A stretch of DNA of 64,000 nt from Myxococcota bacterium. Lineage in GTDB: Bacteria; Myxococcota_A; UBA796; GCA-2862545. How positions within the stretch are numbered: the stretch's first letter is position 1; each line of letters opens with the position of its first letter. The stretch covers positions 1-64,000 of the forward strand of contig JBCCQY010000038.1 of assembly GCA_039208735.1 (NCBI GenBank), written 5' to 3'. A program made the translations under genes and the position numbers. Shown here piece by piece: positions 10,376 through 20,558 of the stretch. The notes beneath the pieces were generated by a model. The model was not told the origin of the DNA, made no database searches, and worked only from the letters and a program-made list of their open reading frames with translations.

Positions 10376-11104
10376 CTAGGAAGGGCTCGAACCAGGCCCG
10401 CCGCGGGCGTAGGTCGCAGGGGTGAGACCGAGCTTCCGCTTCATGTGTCGACCAAGGTGGGACTGGTCGTAGAACCCTGCGCGCATCGCCGCCATCGCAG
10501 GCTCCAGTCCCTGGCGCAGATAGCGCCTCGCTCGAGAGAGGCGCGCCACAATTTGGTACTGGTGGGGCGTGGTTCCGAGTTCCCGTCGAAACATCCTGGT
10601 GAGTTCGTGCGGGTGCGTCCGGGTCTGTTCGGAGAGTTCTCCGACCTGGATCCGAAGGCCTGTCGAACTCCCGAGAACCTCTCGCGCACGTTGCAACTTT
10701 CGGGTGTTGGGCCATCCCGACTCCCCGGCCGGGCTGACCACACAGGGAGGCGTTTCTCCGCGTTCGACCGCATCTGCGCAGCGTTCCGCCAGTTCTTCAT
10801 CGATGAAAAAGGGGGCTCCCGCTTCCAGTGGCGCCGCGAGCTGAATCTCCTGCCACTGGGCTTGCTCGGTCAGCACCAGACGAGCGACGTACAGGTTGCC
10901 GGCAATCACAACGGATTGTCCAGCCTGCATCTCAACGAAGTGTTTGGGAGGCCCAAGCCCAAGTCGACCGCTCCTCAGACGCAGGATCGTTGAAATCCCA
11001 GATCCGTGGTCGGTTTGACCGCGACTGCTCTCGATGGTGAGCAGTTCACAGACGTCGTGAGGGATGGGGCGTACGATTTGGGCAGACATGCTGGCGTAAG
11101 GCAT
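10376..11104 (-). CDS. AraC/XylS family transcriptional regulator
   Basis: C-terminal AraC signature (FRRELGTTPHQY...GFYDQSHLGRHMKRKLGLTPATY); start 11104 or 11089. Confidence 0.8.
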   Translation of the reverse strand: MPYASMSAQIVRPIPHDVCELLTIESSRGQTDHGSGISTILRLRSGRLGLGPPKHFVEMQAGQSVVIAGNLYVARLVLTEQAQWQEIQLAAPLEAGAPFFIDEELAERCADAVERGETPPCVVSPAGESGWPNTRKLQRAREVLGSSTGLRIQVGELSEQTRTHPHELTRMFRRELGTTPHQYQIVARLSRARRYLRQGLEPAMAAMRAGFYDQSHLGRHMKRKLGLTPATYARGGPGSSPS

Positions 11105-11186
11105 GTGGCAAGCATCGCGAAGTGCCCATTCATCGTCTTGGACCGCGCCGTTGCACTCCGCTGCCGGCCTTTGTACACACCTGAAC

Positions 11187-11996
11187 ATGGTAGACCAACC
11201 GGACCACCAGCTCCATCGACGGCGCCTCCTTACCGCCGAGGGCGTCGAACTCCTTCGGGTCGAGCCGACGGGACCTTCGGTGGCCTTTCGTACGGCTGAG
11301 TGGACGTTGCTGAGCATAGCGGCAGACCACCCGCAGTCCCGGCTGCGCGTCACGGCAGGCCAGAGAACAGCGGAGGCTCCCTGCGCTGCTGGGGTGTTGG
11401 TCCTCCTCCCTCCGCATCAACGTTGTCGCCTGGAGTCCGACGCCGCTCTGACGCTGGACCTCTTGCTGTTCTCGCGGTTCGCGGTTGAACGAGCCACCAA
11501 GTCGTTTGGGGCCCTGGCCGAGATTCCTCGCCCGTCGTTCGATCCTCGGGGGGCGACCTGGGTGACGCGCCTATGGCACGATGAGGAGCCCGACGGTCAT
11601 GTGCCGTGTCTCCTGCGGTGGCTTGCCCACCGGTCCACGCTTGCCACGTCGCTACCCAACCCGGCCGATTCCATCGGTCCGGGCACCCTTCGGGCCTTGG
11701 AAGCGCAGCTGGAAGAGCAGATTGCTCGGCCGCTCGATTTCGCCGCATTGGCGGAGACTGCAGGGCTACCGCGCGAGCCGTTTTCCCGCGCCTTCAAGGC
11801 AGTCTTGGGTCTTGCGCCCACCCGCTACTTCACCCGACTCCGGGTCGAGTTGGCGGCCCATCGCCTGCACCATCGTGGGTCCATCAACCTCGACCGCATC
11901 GCTCTTGACATGGGGTTCTACGACCAAAGCCATATGAATCGGCAATTCAAACGCCTGCTCGGCATCACGCCGGGGGAATATCGACGCCAGATCTGA
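11187..11996 (+). CDS. AraC/XylS family transcriptional regulator
   Basis: FSRAFKAVLGLAP...GFYDQSHMNRQFKRLLGITPGEY; divergent from the other AraC gene; start approximate. Confidence 0.8.
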   Translation: MVDQPDHQLHRRRLLTAEGVELLRVEPTGPSVAFRTAEWTLLSIAADHPQSRLRVTAGQRTAEAPCAAGVLVLLPPHQRCRLESDAALTLDLLLFSRFAVERATKSFGALAEIPRPSFDPRGATWVTRLWHDEEPDGHVPCLLRWLAHRSTLATSLPNPADSIGPGTLRALEAQLEEQIARPLDFAALAETAGLPREPFSRAFKAVLGLAPTRYFTRLRVELAAHRLHHRGSINLDRIALDMGFYDQSHMNRQFKRLLGITPGEYRRQI

Positions 11997-12060
11997 AGTT
12001 CGTTGGGTTCGTCCCAGACCGGCCACCATTGCCGAGCGAAGAGCAGGGTGGAGGTTGACG

Positions 12061-13446
12061 ATGGACGGACGGAGTCAACAGGCGTTGGGGTTGCTTTGTG
12101 CGGCCCAGTTCATGCTCGTGCTCGATGCGTCGATCGTTGCCGTTGCGTTGCCGAGCTTGCAGCTCGGGCTTGAGATTCCAGACCGGGACTTGCAGTACAC
12201 GATCACGCTGTATGCGTTGACCTACGGCGGGTTTTTAGTCCTCGGAGGCCGTATTGCAGACCGTTGGGGCCGCCGGCGTACCTTTATGACCGGGCTTGCG
12301 GCGTTCGGTCTCGCCTCGCTGGGTTGTGGGCTCGCCCCGAGTGCGACTGCGCTCCTGGTCGCCCGGGCGGTGCAAGGCGCAGGTGCGGCACTGACCTCGC
12401 CCGCGGCCTTGGCGCTCCTGCTCGATCGGTTTGGTCAGCCGGACGAACGCACCGCCGCCATTGGCGCCTGGGGTGCGGTGTCCGCGGCGGGTGGGGCGGC
12501 CGGTCTGGTGGCCGGTGGCGTGCTCACCGACACCCTTGGGTGGCGATCGGTGTTTCTCATCAACGTTCCCGTCTGCCTCGTCGGCATCTCGCTGGCCCCC
12601 CGGTGGCTCCAGGAGGCCCGAGGTCCTCGTGAACCCCTCGACCTACTGGGGGCAGTGCTCGTCACGGCGGGGCTTGCCAGCTTGCTCTTCGGTCTGACGG
12701 CGCTGGAATCGCAAGGCCTCGACGCAGGGTCGAGTGGGGGGGCCTTGCTTGCGGCCAGTGTTCTGCTCACCGCATTCGCGGCTCGGCTCATCAGCGCGCG
12801 CCACCCGCTTGTGCCGTTGGCCTTGTTTCGGCGGGGTCGCGTCACGGCCGCGAACCTCACTGCGGCGACGTTGGCGGCGCTCATTGCCGCGCAAAACTTC
12901 TTCGGATCATTGACCCTGCAGCGGGTGTTCGGTTTGTCGGCACTGCTCACGGGCTTGGCCATCCTCCCCGTCACCCTGTTCGCCTTCGCGGGCTCGGCCA
13001 TGGCAGGAACGGTCGAACGGCGGCTTGGGCGGCCTTTGGCGCTTGCGGGGTCACTCGCCGGAATGGGCGTTGGGTTCGCGTTGTTGTCTGGATTGTCCGC
13101 CCAGAGCAGCCCATGGAGCGTCGTTCCAGGGTTTTCGGCCTTTGGGTTGGGCCTTGGGGTGGGCTTCGTCCTGGTCACGGAAGCCGCAACCGAGGGCGTG
13201 GATGCCAACCTTCGGGGCTTGGCCTCGGGAATGGTGAATACCTAGAATCAGATTGGCTTTGCGCTGGGGCTGGCCGGGTTCACCGCCATCACCGCCATCG
13301 CAAGCCCCGAGCCGAGTTCCCCCTCAGCGTTGTTCGATGGCTATCGCGCGGCATTCGTGGGGGGAGCCGTGCTCGCCTGGATCGGCGCCTTTACCCTGCC
13401 CTTCGCCATCGGAGGGCACAACCCGTCATCAGGAGGTTCACCGTGA
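12061..13446 (+). pseudogene. DHA2 (EmrB/QacA-like) MFS transporter interrupted by in-frame TAG at 13243-13245
   Basis: MFS motifs (LDASIVAVALP, GGRIADRWGRRR, LGWRSVFLINVP); frame continues past TAG as NQIGFALGLAG...DGYRAAF to TGA 13444-13446, which overlaps the next GTG start. Confidence 0.75.
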
Positions 13447-14537
13447 ACATCAGCAAGTTCTCCATTCAGGTCGATGGTTCCGTGTTGGACGACCTCGAGC
13501 AGCGACTCCGTGCGACCCGGTTTCCGGACAGCGTCGAAACAGGCTGGGGCTATGGAATGGATGCCGAGGTCCTCAAGTCGTTCATCGAGGATTGGATCGT
13601 GTTTGATTTTCGTACCGTCGAGGAGGAACTCAACCGCCTCCCGCACTTTACGGCGACCGTGGACGGCACAACGATCCATTTCATCCACCTGCGGGGAGAG
13701 AGCGCTTCTCCCCGTCCCGCGTTGATGCTGTTGCACGGTTGGCCGGCGTCGTTTGTGCAAATGCTGCCCATCCTCGATCGACTCGCGGACCGATTTGATT
13801 TGATCGTTCCCTCGCTGCCCGGGTTTGGCTTTTCCCAGCGACCCACCGCGCCGGGGATGAACGTGGGCCGCATGGGGGAACTCCTCCACGAACTCGTCAC
13901 CGTGGGCCTTGGCTATGCGCGCTTCGGCTTGCGGTCCAGCGATCTCGGTGCGGGAGTGGCCAGCGCGATTTGCCTCGCTCATCCCGAGTCGGTCATCGGC
14001 TCACACGAGTCAGGCACCAATCCCTTCCTGCCCAGTATCCCCGAGGACTTGTCGGCCGAGGAAGCCACGTTCGTGGAACAGGCCCAGCAATGGATGCAAA
14101 CCGAAATGGCCTACGCCATGGTGCACAGTTCCAAGCCCCAAACCCTGGCGGCCTCGCTCAACGACTCGCCAGCCGGACTGGCGGCGTGGATGCTCGAGAA
14201 GTTCGAGCGATGGAGCGATGGAGGCCTTGCGGCCTACGATCGAACGGAGTTACTGACGAACCTCACTCTGTATTGGGTCACCGAGACGATCGGTTCGTCG
14301 ATTCGGTTGTACGCCGAGACGGTGAGGGCGGGGGGGCCCTGGGGTCGTGTAGAGGTGCCTCGCGGGTTCGCCATGCTTCCCGCGGACATGTTCCCCACCC
14401 CACGAAGCTGGATCGAGCGAAATTCACGGGTTGATCACTGGACCGAACTCCCCCGTGGCGGTCACTTCGGCGAGTGGGAGGTTCCCGACCTGCTGGCCCG
14501 CTACATCCATGCATTCTTCGACGCTATTCCGAAGTAG
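13443..14537 (+). CDS. Epoxide hydrolase (microsomal-type alpha/beta hydrolase)
   Basis: LDDLEQRLRATRFP N-terminus, HGWP oxyanion motif, nucleophile SSDLG, PQTLAASLNDSPAG, GGHF; AGGAGG RBS before GTG 13443. Confidence 0.9.
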   Translation: MNISKFSIQVDGSVLDDLEQRLRATRFPDSVETGWGYGMDAEVLKSFIEDWIVFDFRTVEEELNRLPHFTATVDGTTIHFIHLRGESASPRPALMLLHGWPASFVQMLPILDRLADRFDLIVPSLPGFGFSQRPTAPGMNVGRMGELLHELVTVGLGYARFGLRSSDLGAGVASAICLAHPESVIGSHESGTNPFLPSIPEDLSAEEATFVEQAQQWMQTEMAYAMVHSSKPQTLAASLNDSPAGLAAWMLEKFERWSDGGLAAYDRTELLTNLTLYWVTETIGSSIRLYAETVRAGGPWGRVEVPRGFAMLPADMFPTPRSWIERNSRVDHWTELPRGGHFGEWEVPDLLARYIHAFFDAIPK

Positions 14538-15104
14538 TTATCCCCAGTGCACCGAGAGCGAGGGCAAAGGGTCGGGGCTCCGCAGCACGAACACGGGGTT
14601 GCCGTCTTGGATCGCAAATCGGGTGAATCCGCACTTCTCGACGACCCGCAGGCTCGCGTGGTTCTCGGGGTGTACACCGAGGCCCACCCCCTTTGCGGAC
14701 AACGCCCCGAACGCGAAACGTAAGAGTGCGTTGCAGGCTTCGGTCGCGATTCCTTGGCCGTGTTGCGACGTTCGGGTCCAGTAGCCGATCGAGAACTTTC
14801 GCCGTCTCCAATCGATCTTGTACAGTCCGACGTTGCCGACAAGCCGTCCGGCGTGGTCCGTCACCTTCAACTCAAGCGCATCTTGCTGCCACCACGTCGC
14901 GATTCGATTTGCGCTCGCCTGAACGCGTCGGCGGCAGTGCTCGACCGACGTCTGTCGCGCTCGGTCCACAAGCCAGTTCAGCCAGCGCGACATGGACTCC
15001 CAGCTCTCGTCAAGGACCTCGGCGAGCGCCCGTTCGTCGCCCTGCTGATACGCCGCCAGCCGTAGGCGCGGGGTCGTGATGGGGAGCGGCAGCGATGCGG
15101 TCAT
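14538..15104 (-). CDS. RimJ/RimL-like GNAT N-acetyltransferase
   Basis: ITTPRLRL, IGYW...GQGIATEA, PENHASLRVVEKCGF. Confidence 0.8.
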   Translation of the reverse strand: MTASLPLPITTPRLRLAAYQQGDERALAEVLDESWESMSRWLNWLVDRARQTSVEHCRRRVQASANRIATWWQQDALELKVTDHAGRLVGNVGLYKIDWRRRKFSIGYWTRTSQHGQGIATEACNALLRFAFGALSAKGVGLGVHPENHASLRVVEKCGFTRFAIQDGNPVFVLRSPDPLPSLSVHWG

Positions 15105-15183
15105 CCATGGTGCTTAACGTAGGTCATTGTCTGGACCGCAGGTAGTACCAAGATAACGGCCAGGCCCGCATGACCCAACTCGA

Positions 15184-15747
15184 CTACTCCGCGGCGACGT
15201 TGGGGTCCGCGGTCCGGATCTGGCCGTTGGACTTGACCCGGCCGTCTTCGTCTCGGCCAGGAACCAGGACCAGATCGGCATCGACGATGCGGACCTGTCC
15301 TCCTTCGACTTCGAGCGTACCCTCCAGGGCACGCAAGAGACCGAGCTGGCCATTCAGGACCTCGATCTCGCCTCCGAGCACGTCGATCAGATCTGCGTGG
15401 TTGTTGATGATTGCGCTCAGGTCTCGCATGGAGGCTTCGAGCGCCTGCAGTGCCCTGGCCTGCTCGTCGAAGTCCGACTCCAACACGCCCAGCGCCTCGT
15501 CCACATCCCGCGCGATGTCCTTTACGGCCTCGACCTCGCTCCGTCGGGCTGGCTCGTGCGTGGTCAGCTGGGGCCCACGCGGACGAGACGCCTGGATCTT
15601 GATGACGCCCCCCGGAGGGGCCTCGGAGAGGGCTTCCAGATCGGCGCGTAGGGCGGCGATCTCCCGCTTCGCCGCTTCGAGTTCCGAGCGCAGGGCTTGG
15701 TCGTCGTTCCCCCATCCACACGCGAGCAACCAGAGCAGGACCACCAT
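15184..15747 (-). CDS. Hypothetical coiled-coil lipoprotein
   Basis: GGAGG RBS, LLAC lipobox-like motif, heptad-rich helical sequence. Confidence 0.6.
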   Translation of the reverse strand: MVVLLWLLACGWGNDDQALRSELEAAKREIAALRADLEALSEAPPGGVIKIQASRPRGPQLTTHEPARRSEVEAVKDIARDVDEALGVLESDFDEQARALQALEASMRDLSAIINNHADLIDVLGGEIEVLNGQLGLLRALEGTLEVEGGQVRIVDADLVLVPGRDEDGRVKSNGQIRTADPNVAAE

Positions 15748-15839
15748 TCTCCACCTCCGATCGACCCTTATTGAGCCGGCCGACCACCGTGAGGAGACTT
15801 CACCGTCTCGTCGACGCGCGGGGGACAGTCGGATAGAGA

Positions 15840-15864
15840 CTGACCGAATCGGTCAGGCTATACT
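15840..15864 (+). promoter_or_regulatory. Perfect palindrome CTGACCGA-A-TCGGTCAG (candidate TetR operator) adjacent to a -10-like TATACT
   Basis: 8-1-8 inverted repeat at 15840-15856, TATACT at 15859-15864, just upstream of the TetR start. Confidence 0.65.
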
Positions 15865-15889
15865 CCAAGTGTCCCAAGGAGCCATCGAC

Positions 15890-16546
15890 GTGCCCATCCA
15901 CGCGCCGGCCGTCCCGCCCGCCACCTGGGCCCGCATTCGCGACGCCGGCCATCACGTGTTCGCCACCAACGCGTGGCCCAAAGCGTCCATGTCGGCCATC
16001 GCCAAGCGCGCAGGGGTCTCGAAGGCGCTGCTGTTCTACCATTTCGAGACCAAGCAGGCGCTCTACCTGAGCCTCTTCCACGATGCCCTCGAGTTCTTAC
16101 ACGAACGCAAGTTGGCGTGGAACCTTGACGAAGAGCAAGACCTCTTCGCGGCAGTCGAGCGGACGATCGAGTTCCGAATCGCGATGATGGCTGAAGTCCC
16201 TCACCTCTTTCGATTCCTTGCCGCGGCATACCGAGAGACGCACGAGGAGGTGCGGGCGCCTCTGGACGCCGCCAGGAAGCAGGTAGAGATCGACACCTTC
16301 GATCGGTTGACGCACACCCTTGACCGAGCCCGGCTCCGTCACCCCGACGAGTTGCCCACCTTGCTTCGCATCATCACGTTGGCGGCCGAGGGCTTCGTCC
16401 AGCGGCACGAGGCCGCGATCTTCGATGACGGAATCGCAGCTCTCGCCACGTTTCGCGCCATTCTGGACTCTTTGAAGCGTCACTATTACCGGCCAGACTT
16501 CCTGGAACCTGGTCCGCCCTCGAAAACGCTACCGGAGGCGCCATGA
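15890..16546 (+). CDS. TetR/AcrR family transcriptional regulator
   Basis: HTH ASMSAIAKRAGVSKALLFYHFETKQALY; AAGGAG RBS before GTG 15890. Confidence 0.85.
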   Translation: MPIHAPAVPPATWARIRDAGHHVFATNAWPKASMSAIAKRAGVSKALLFYHFETKQALYLSLFHDALEFLHERKLAWNLDEEQDLFAAVERTIEFRIAMMAEVPHLFRFLAAAYRETHEEVRAPLDAARKQVEIDTFDRLTHTLDRARLRHPDELPTLLRIITLAAEGFVQRHEAAIFDDGIAALATFRAILDSLKRHYYRPDFLEPGPPSKTLPEAP

Positions 16547-17358
16547 GACACGGATACGTGCAATCTGCGCGCGGCACGACCCATTACTGGACGAATGACC
16601 CCCGACCAGCCGATACCGCGCCGTGTCTGGTCTTCTGCCATGGTCTGACCGCTGATCACACGCTCTTCGACATGCAGGTGGCCTTCTGGGAACACAGGTG
16701 TCGCATCCTCACCTGGGATTGGCCGCTGCACGGTGACTCGCGGCCCTACGACGACTTCACGTTTGATCACGTTGCTGAGGAACTCCGGACGATTCTGACC
16801 GCGGAACAGATCCGGTCGATCGTGTTGGTCGGACAGTCCGCTGGCGGCTACATCGGTCAGGCCATATACCAGGCGTTTCCCGACGATGTAGCGGGATTCG
16901 TGGGAATCGGAACCACCCCATTTGGGATCTCGAGGTACTACAAGTCTTCCGATCTGTTCTGGATCCGCCACTTCGCGCCAATCGCGAGCCTCTTTCCGTT
17001 TTGGTACTACCGAACCGCTGCCGCTCGGGCGGTCGCGCGCACCGAGCCTGCCCAGACGAACATGCGCGAAAGCCTGGAGCGCCTGGGTCGGAAAGGCATG
17101 CTAATGGCCTCTAAGGCGGTTTATGACGAGTTTCTGCGACGCGAGGAGCCCGTCGATTTCCGGTGCCCCGTGCTCCTGACGCATGGTCAGCACGACAAGA
17201 CGGGCTTCGTGGCCAGCTACAATCGCGCTTGGGCCGCCGATCGTGGTTACTCGCTCCAGCTCGTTCCGGACGCAGCTCACAACGCGAACTATGACAACCA
17301 CCAAGCGTTCAACGAGATGCTGGCGGCGTTTCTCGCTAAGGCGGGCCTGGTTGAATGA
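16543..17358 (+). CDS. Alpha/beta hydrolase
   Basis: HG motif, GQSAG nucleophile elbow, G.HD acid, AAH catalytic His; ATGA overlap with TetR. Confidence 0.85.
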   Translation: MRHGYVQSARGTTHYWTNDPRPADTAPCLVFCHGLTADHTLFDMQVAFWEHRCRILTWDWPLHGDSRPYDDFTFDHVAEELRTILTAEQIRSIVLVGQSAGGYIGQAIYQAFPDDVAGFVGIGTTPFGISRYYKSSDLFWIRHFAPIASLFPFWYYRTAAARAVARTEPAQTNMRESLERLGRKGMLMASKAVYDEFLRREEPVDFRCPVLLTHGQHDKTGFVASYNRAWAADRGYSLQLVPDAAHNANYDNHQAFNEMLAAFLAKAGLVE

Positions 17359-17396
17359 AGACCCCTTCTCCACGATGAGCTGTACGCTCAAGGTTT

Positions 17397-19163
17397 CTAC
17401 GACACTTTGTCGCCGATGCGTGCGATGCGGGCTGGCGTTGGGGCCACCGGTTCACCCCGCAGCTCGGCCAGCGCTTCGGTGGGTAGGGGGAACCATCGGA
17501 GCGCTTCGACGTCGGGGTTGAGGTGCGGCGGCTCGATGCCTGGCACTTCCGAACAGCGGTCGGGGATCTGCTGCAGCATGCGTCGCGCCTCGTCGAGGTA
17601 GCCTTTGAGTGCCGCCTCGGGTTCGGTGCGGTGGAGGCTGCGGTACTCCATGCGGCCTGTGTCATAGAAGACGTCGGTGAGCCGCATGGCGGGGTCAGGA
17701 CGTCCATCCCGATGGCGCCACAGACCCGTCTGGGGTTCGAATCGATAGTAGGGAAGTAGCTTCCAACCCTCTTCAGCCACCAGCTCGACCGCATCGAGGA
17801 TGAACTCAAAAGCCAGGTCGCTAATGAAGTAGTTGAAGTTCACCCGCACCCAGCCGGGCTTGACACCCTCACAGCCGCGGTTGATCTCGCGCTCGAAGTC
17901 TTGGCTTGTGTCGAGGTCGATCTGCAGCAACCGGTGGCCGTAAGGGCCGGCACACGAGCATCCCCCGCGGGCCTGAATGCCGAGCAGGTCGTTGAGGACG
18001 GCAACCACGAAGTTGTGGTGCAGGTGACGCGAACCGTGGCGCACGACGAACGACACGATCGACAATCGCCACGCGTCGTGGTTGCCGAGGATGTGGAGAT
18101 TGTTGTGCCGGCTCCAGCGCTCGATGGCTCGGCGAATGAACCGCTCTTCGCGGGCCCGGATAACGTGGGCACCAACGGCCTCTTTGAGCTGAAACACGAG
18201 CCCGGCGCGGATGGCTCCCACGATGTCAGGGGTGCCACCCTCTTCGCGATGCTCGGCATCGGTAATGTAGGTGTGGGCGTCGCTCGAGACGTAGCTGACC
18301 GTTCCCCCGCCGGGCACAGACGGAACCCGGTTGTTCAGCAGATCTCGCTTGACCACCAAGATGCCGGGCGTGCCCGGACCGCCGATGAACTTGTGCGGAG
18401 ACAGGAAGATGGCGTCCTTGTACTGCAGGTGCCCCCGGGGACCGTCGTCGCGCAGGTTCATCTCGATTTGGACGTACGGCCCGGCCGCCGCAAAGTCCCA
18501 GAACACCACGCCGTTGTGCTTGTGCATGAGTGTCGAGATCTCACGAATCTTCGAGCCAATCCCGGTGACGTTGCTCGCCGCTGAGAAGCTGCCGATCTTG
18601 AGCGGTCGGTCCGCGTGGGCTTCGAGGGCGCGCCGCAACCACTCGAGGTCGATGAGCCCGTTGTGGTCTTCGTCGATGACGACGACATCCGCGATCGATT
18701 CCCGCCAGGGGATCTCGTTGCTGTGATGCTCGTAGGGCCCGATGAACACCACGGGTCGTTCTTCAGGCGGCACGTACTGATCGAGCTGGTAGCGGTCCCT
18801 CAAGTCGGCGGGAATCCGAAGGTTGAGGATGTCGATCATCTTCATGATGGCGCCCGTCGCCCCAGACCCACAGAAGATGACGGCGTCGCGTTCATCGCCC
18901 CCAACCGCATCGCGGATGATGCGGCGTGCGTCCTCTCGAAACCGCGTCGTTTGCAACCCCGTTCCGCTGGTCTCGGTGTGGGTGTTGGCGTAGAAGGGCA
19001 GCACCTGCGTGCGAATGAAATCCTCGATGAACGACAGGGAACGCCCCGACGCGGTGTAGTCCGCGTAGGTGAGTCGACGGGGACCGTAAGGCCCGTCGAT
19101 CGCGGTCTCGTCACCAAGGATGTGGTTTCGGATCTGCTCGATCAACCGTTCGCTCGAGGTCAC
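17397..19163 (-). CDS. Class V PLP-dependent aminotransferase / cysteine desulfurase-like protein
   Basis: YADYTASGR, EHHSN, SAASNVTG, SPHKFIGGPG (PLP Lys), GGCSCAG. Confidence 0.85.
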   Translation of the reverse strand: MTSSERLIEQIRNHILGDETAIDGPYGPRRLTYADYTASGRSLSFIEDFIRTQVLPFYANTHTETSGTGLQTTRFREDARRIIRDAVGGDERDAVIFCGSGATGAIMKMIDILNLRIPADLRDRYQLDQYVPPEERPVVFIGPYEHHSNEIPWRESIADVVVIDEDHNGLIDLEWLRRALEAHADRPLKIGSFSAASNVTGIGSKIREISTLMHKHNGVVFWDFAAAGPYVQIEMNLRDDGPRGHLQYKDAIFLSPHKFIGGPGTPGILVVKRDLLNNRVPSVPGGGTVSYVSSDAHTYITDAEHREEGGTPDIVGAIRAGLVFQLKEAVGAHVIRAREERFIRRAIERWSRHNNLHILGNHDAWRLSIVSFVVRHGSRHLHHNFVVAVLNDLLGIQARGGCSCAGPYGHRLLQIDLDTSQDFEREINRGCEGVKPGWVRVNFNYFISDLAFEFILDAVELVAEEGWKLLPYYRFEPQTGLWRHRDGRPDPAMRLTDVFYDTGRMEYRSLHRTEPEAALKGYLDEARRMLQQIPDRCSEVPGIEPPHLNPDVEALRWFPLPTEALAELRGEPVAPTPARIARIGDKVS

Positions 19164-19217
19164 CGAAGTCCTCCAGTTTTCCCAACCTATCGGTCGGTCA
19201 AGGTACGAATTCGCGTT

Positions 19218-20477
19218 TCACTTCTTGCGGCTCCGACGGCGGTCCCGCGCCTCGTCCCGCCAGTGTAGCCACAAGGCTCCGAAGCCCACAAACGTAGCGA
19301 GCAGCCACACCACCGTACCCACAAATTGGGGAATGGCAGAGAGGACGACGAGGGGCACCAGTCCGGTGGCGAGGGCGGCGAAGTCACCTGTGCCGAGGCT
19401 CGGGAAAAACCGACGGTTCATGGCATGGCCGAGGGCCGAAGCGGCGAAGAGCTGCACAATGTAGAGCCCAACCCCGTACAGCGCGAGTGCGATGACGCCC
19501 AACGGAATGGTCACGAAGAGCAGGATGGCGATCGAAGCTGCCACCGGCGTGACGATGGCCGCTACGAACCCGAGGGCCGCTGACATTACTGGCTGCTCGG
19601 CGGCCACCTTCGAGGGACCCCTCACGAAGGGCGAAGCAAATGCCAGCATGATTGCGCCAACGGCGATGAGCCCGACGTAGCTGCGGATGATGCCCACGAC
19701 CCACCACAACAGGCTCTGCAACATGCCGAGTGGGTCGGTGGGGTCCACGTCGACGTCGAAGTCGCCGAGCTTGAAGCTCACGTCGCCCTTCGTAATGCCA
19801 TCGAACGAGTTGCTGGGTCGCGGTGCGACGTAGTTCAGGTTGCCGTCCACGCGAGCGTTATCGCCCACTTTAACCGTAGCAAACCGGAAGCTCGTGTCGC
19901 TGTGGAGGACGCCCGACATCTCGATTTCACGCGCCGATGCTTCGACCTCGCCGTAAATGTCTGAGGCGATCATGACGCGGTTGCCCGCGGTGTAGAGCGT
20001 GCCGTAGATCGGCGCATCCACCCGAATCTCCTCGCCCACCGCGTACACGTCTCCGCGGACCGGAGCCTTGATGCGGACCGACTGGCCCATCACGAGCACA
20101 TCGCCCTGGACCTCTTCGCTCACCTCAACGGTTTGCCCGAGCAGAAACCCATTGTCAGGGAGAGGGCCCGTGATGTTCACGATGCGGGCCGTCGCAAATA
20201 CGTCGCCTTCGGCCTTGGGGACTTCGATCTGATCGCCCGCAAGGAAGGTGGGACTTCCCGTTTGCGGAAGCGGTGGTGGCTCGGGTTCGGCACGCGCGGC
20301 CGGGGCAGGTTCGTCGCTCGCCTGGCCTGTGTCCGCCGGTTCGGCGGGTTCGGACGGCTCGGCCTCGGCGCCTTCGACCTGTTCGGTCGGCTCGACGTCG
20401 ACATCCTCCGTGCCAACGTCGCGCGGCAACGGTGCTGCTGCCGCCAACCATGCCCATGCCCAAACGAACGCGCTCAT
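19218..20477 (-). CDS. Membrane protein with bactofilin-like (polymer-forming) beta-helical repeats
   Basis: Signal peptide, acidic Pro-rich linker, repeated V-x-G-D-V-x-x-x-G units, several C-terminal TM helices. Confidence 0.65.
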   Translation of the reverse strand: MSAFVWAWAWLAAAAPLPRDVGTEDVDVEPTEQVEGAEAEPSEPAEPADTGQASDEPAPAARAEPEPPPLPQTGSPTFLAGDQIEVPKAEGDVFATARIVNITGPLPDNGFLLGQTVEVSEEVQGDVLVMGQSVRIKAPVRGDVYAVGEEIRVDAPIYGTLYTAGNRVMIASDIYGEVEASAREIEMSGVLHSDTSFRFATVKVGDNARVDGNLNYVAPRPSNSFDGITKGDVSFKLGDFDVDVDPTDPLGMLQSLLWWVVGIIRSYVGLIAVGAIMLAFASPFVRGPSKVAAEQPVMSAALGFVAAIVTPVAASIAILLFVTIPLGVIALALYGVGLYIVQLFAASALGHAMNRRFFPSLGTGDFAALATGLVPLVVLSAIPQFVGTVVWLLATFVGFGALWLHWRDEARDRRRSRKK

Positions 20478-20558
20478 GTGGCCACCTCGGTCGTGCGCGC
20501 CCAGTGGCGTCGCCGACGCGACCGCCTATTCCGCACGGTCGTCGCCGTCGACGGCGCC

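Noticed and set aside
15170..15889. Long N-terminal extensions of track ORFs (TetR, epoxide hydrolase, sucA, paralogue 2, AraC and others)
   Set aside because: They overlap neighbouring genes and lack family similarity; internal starts have RBS or stop/start overlaps
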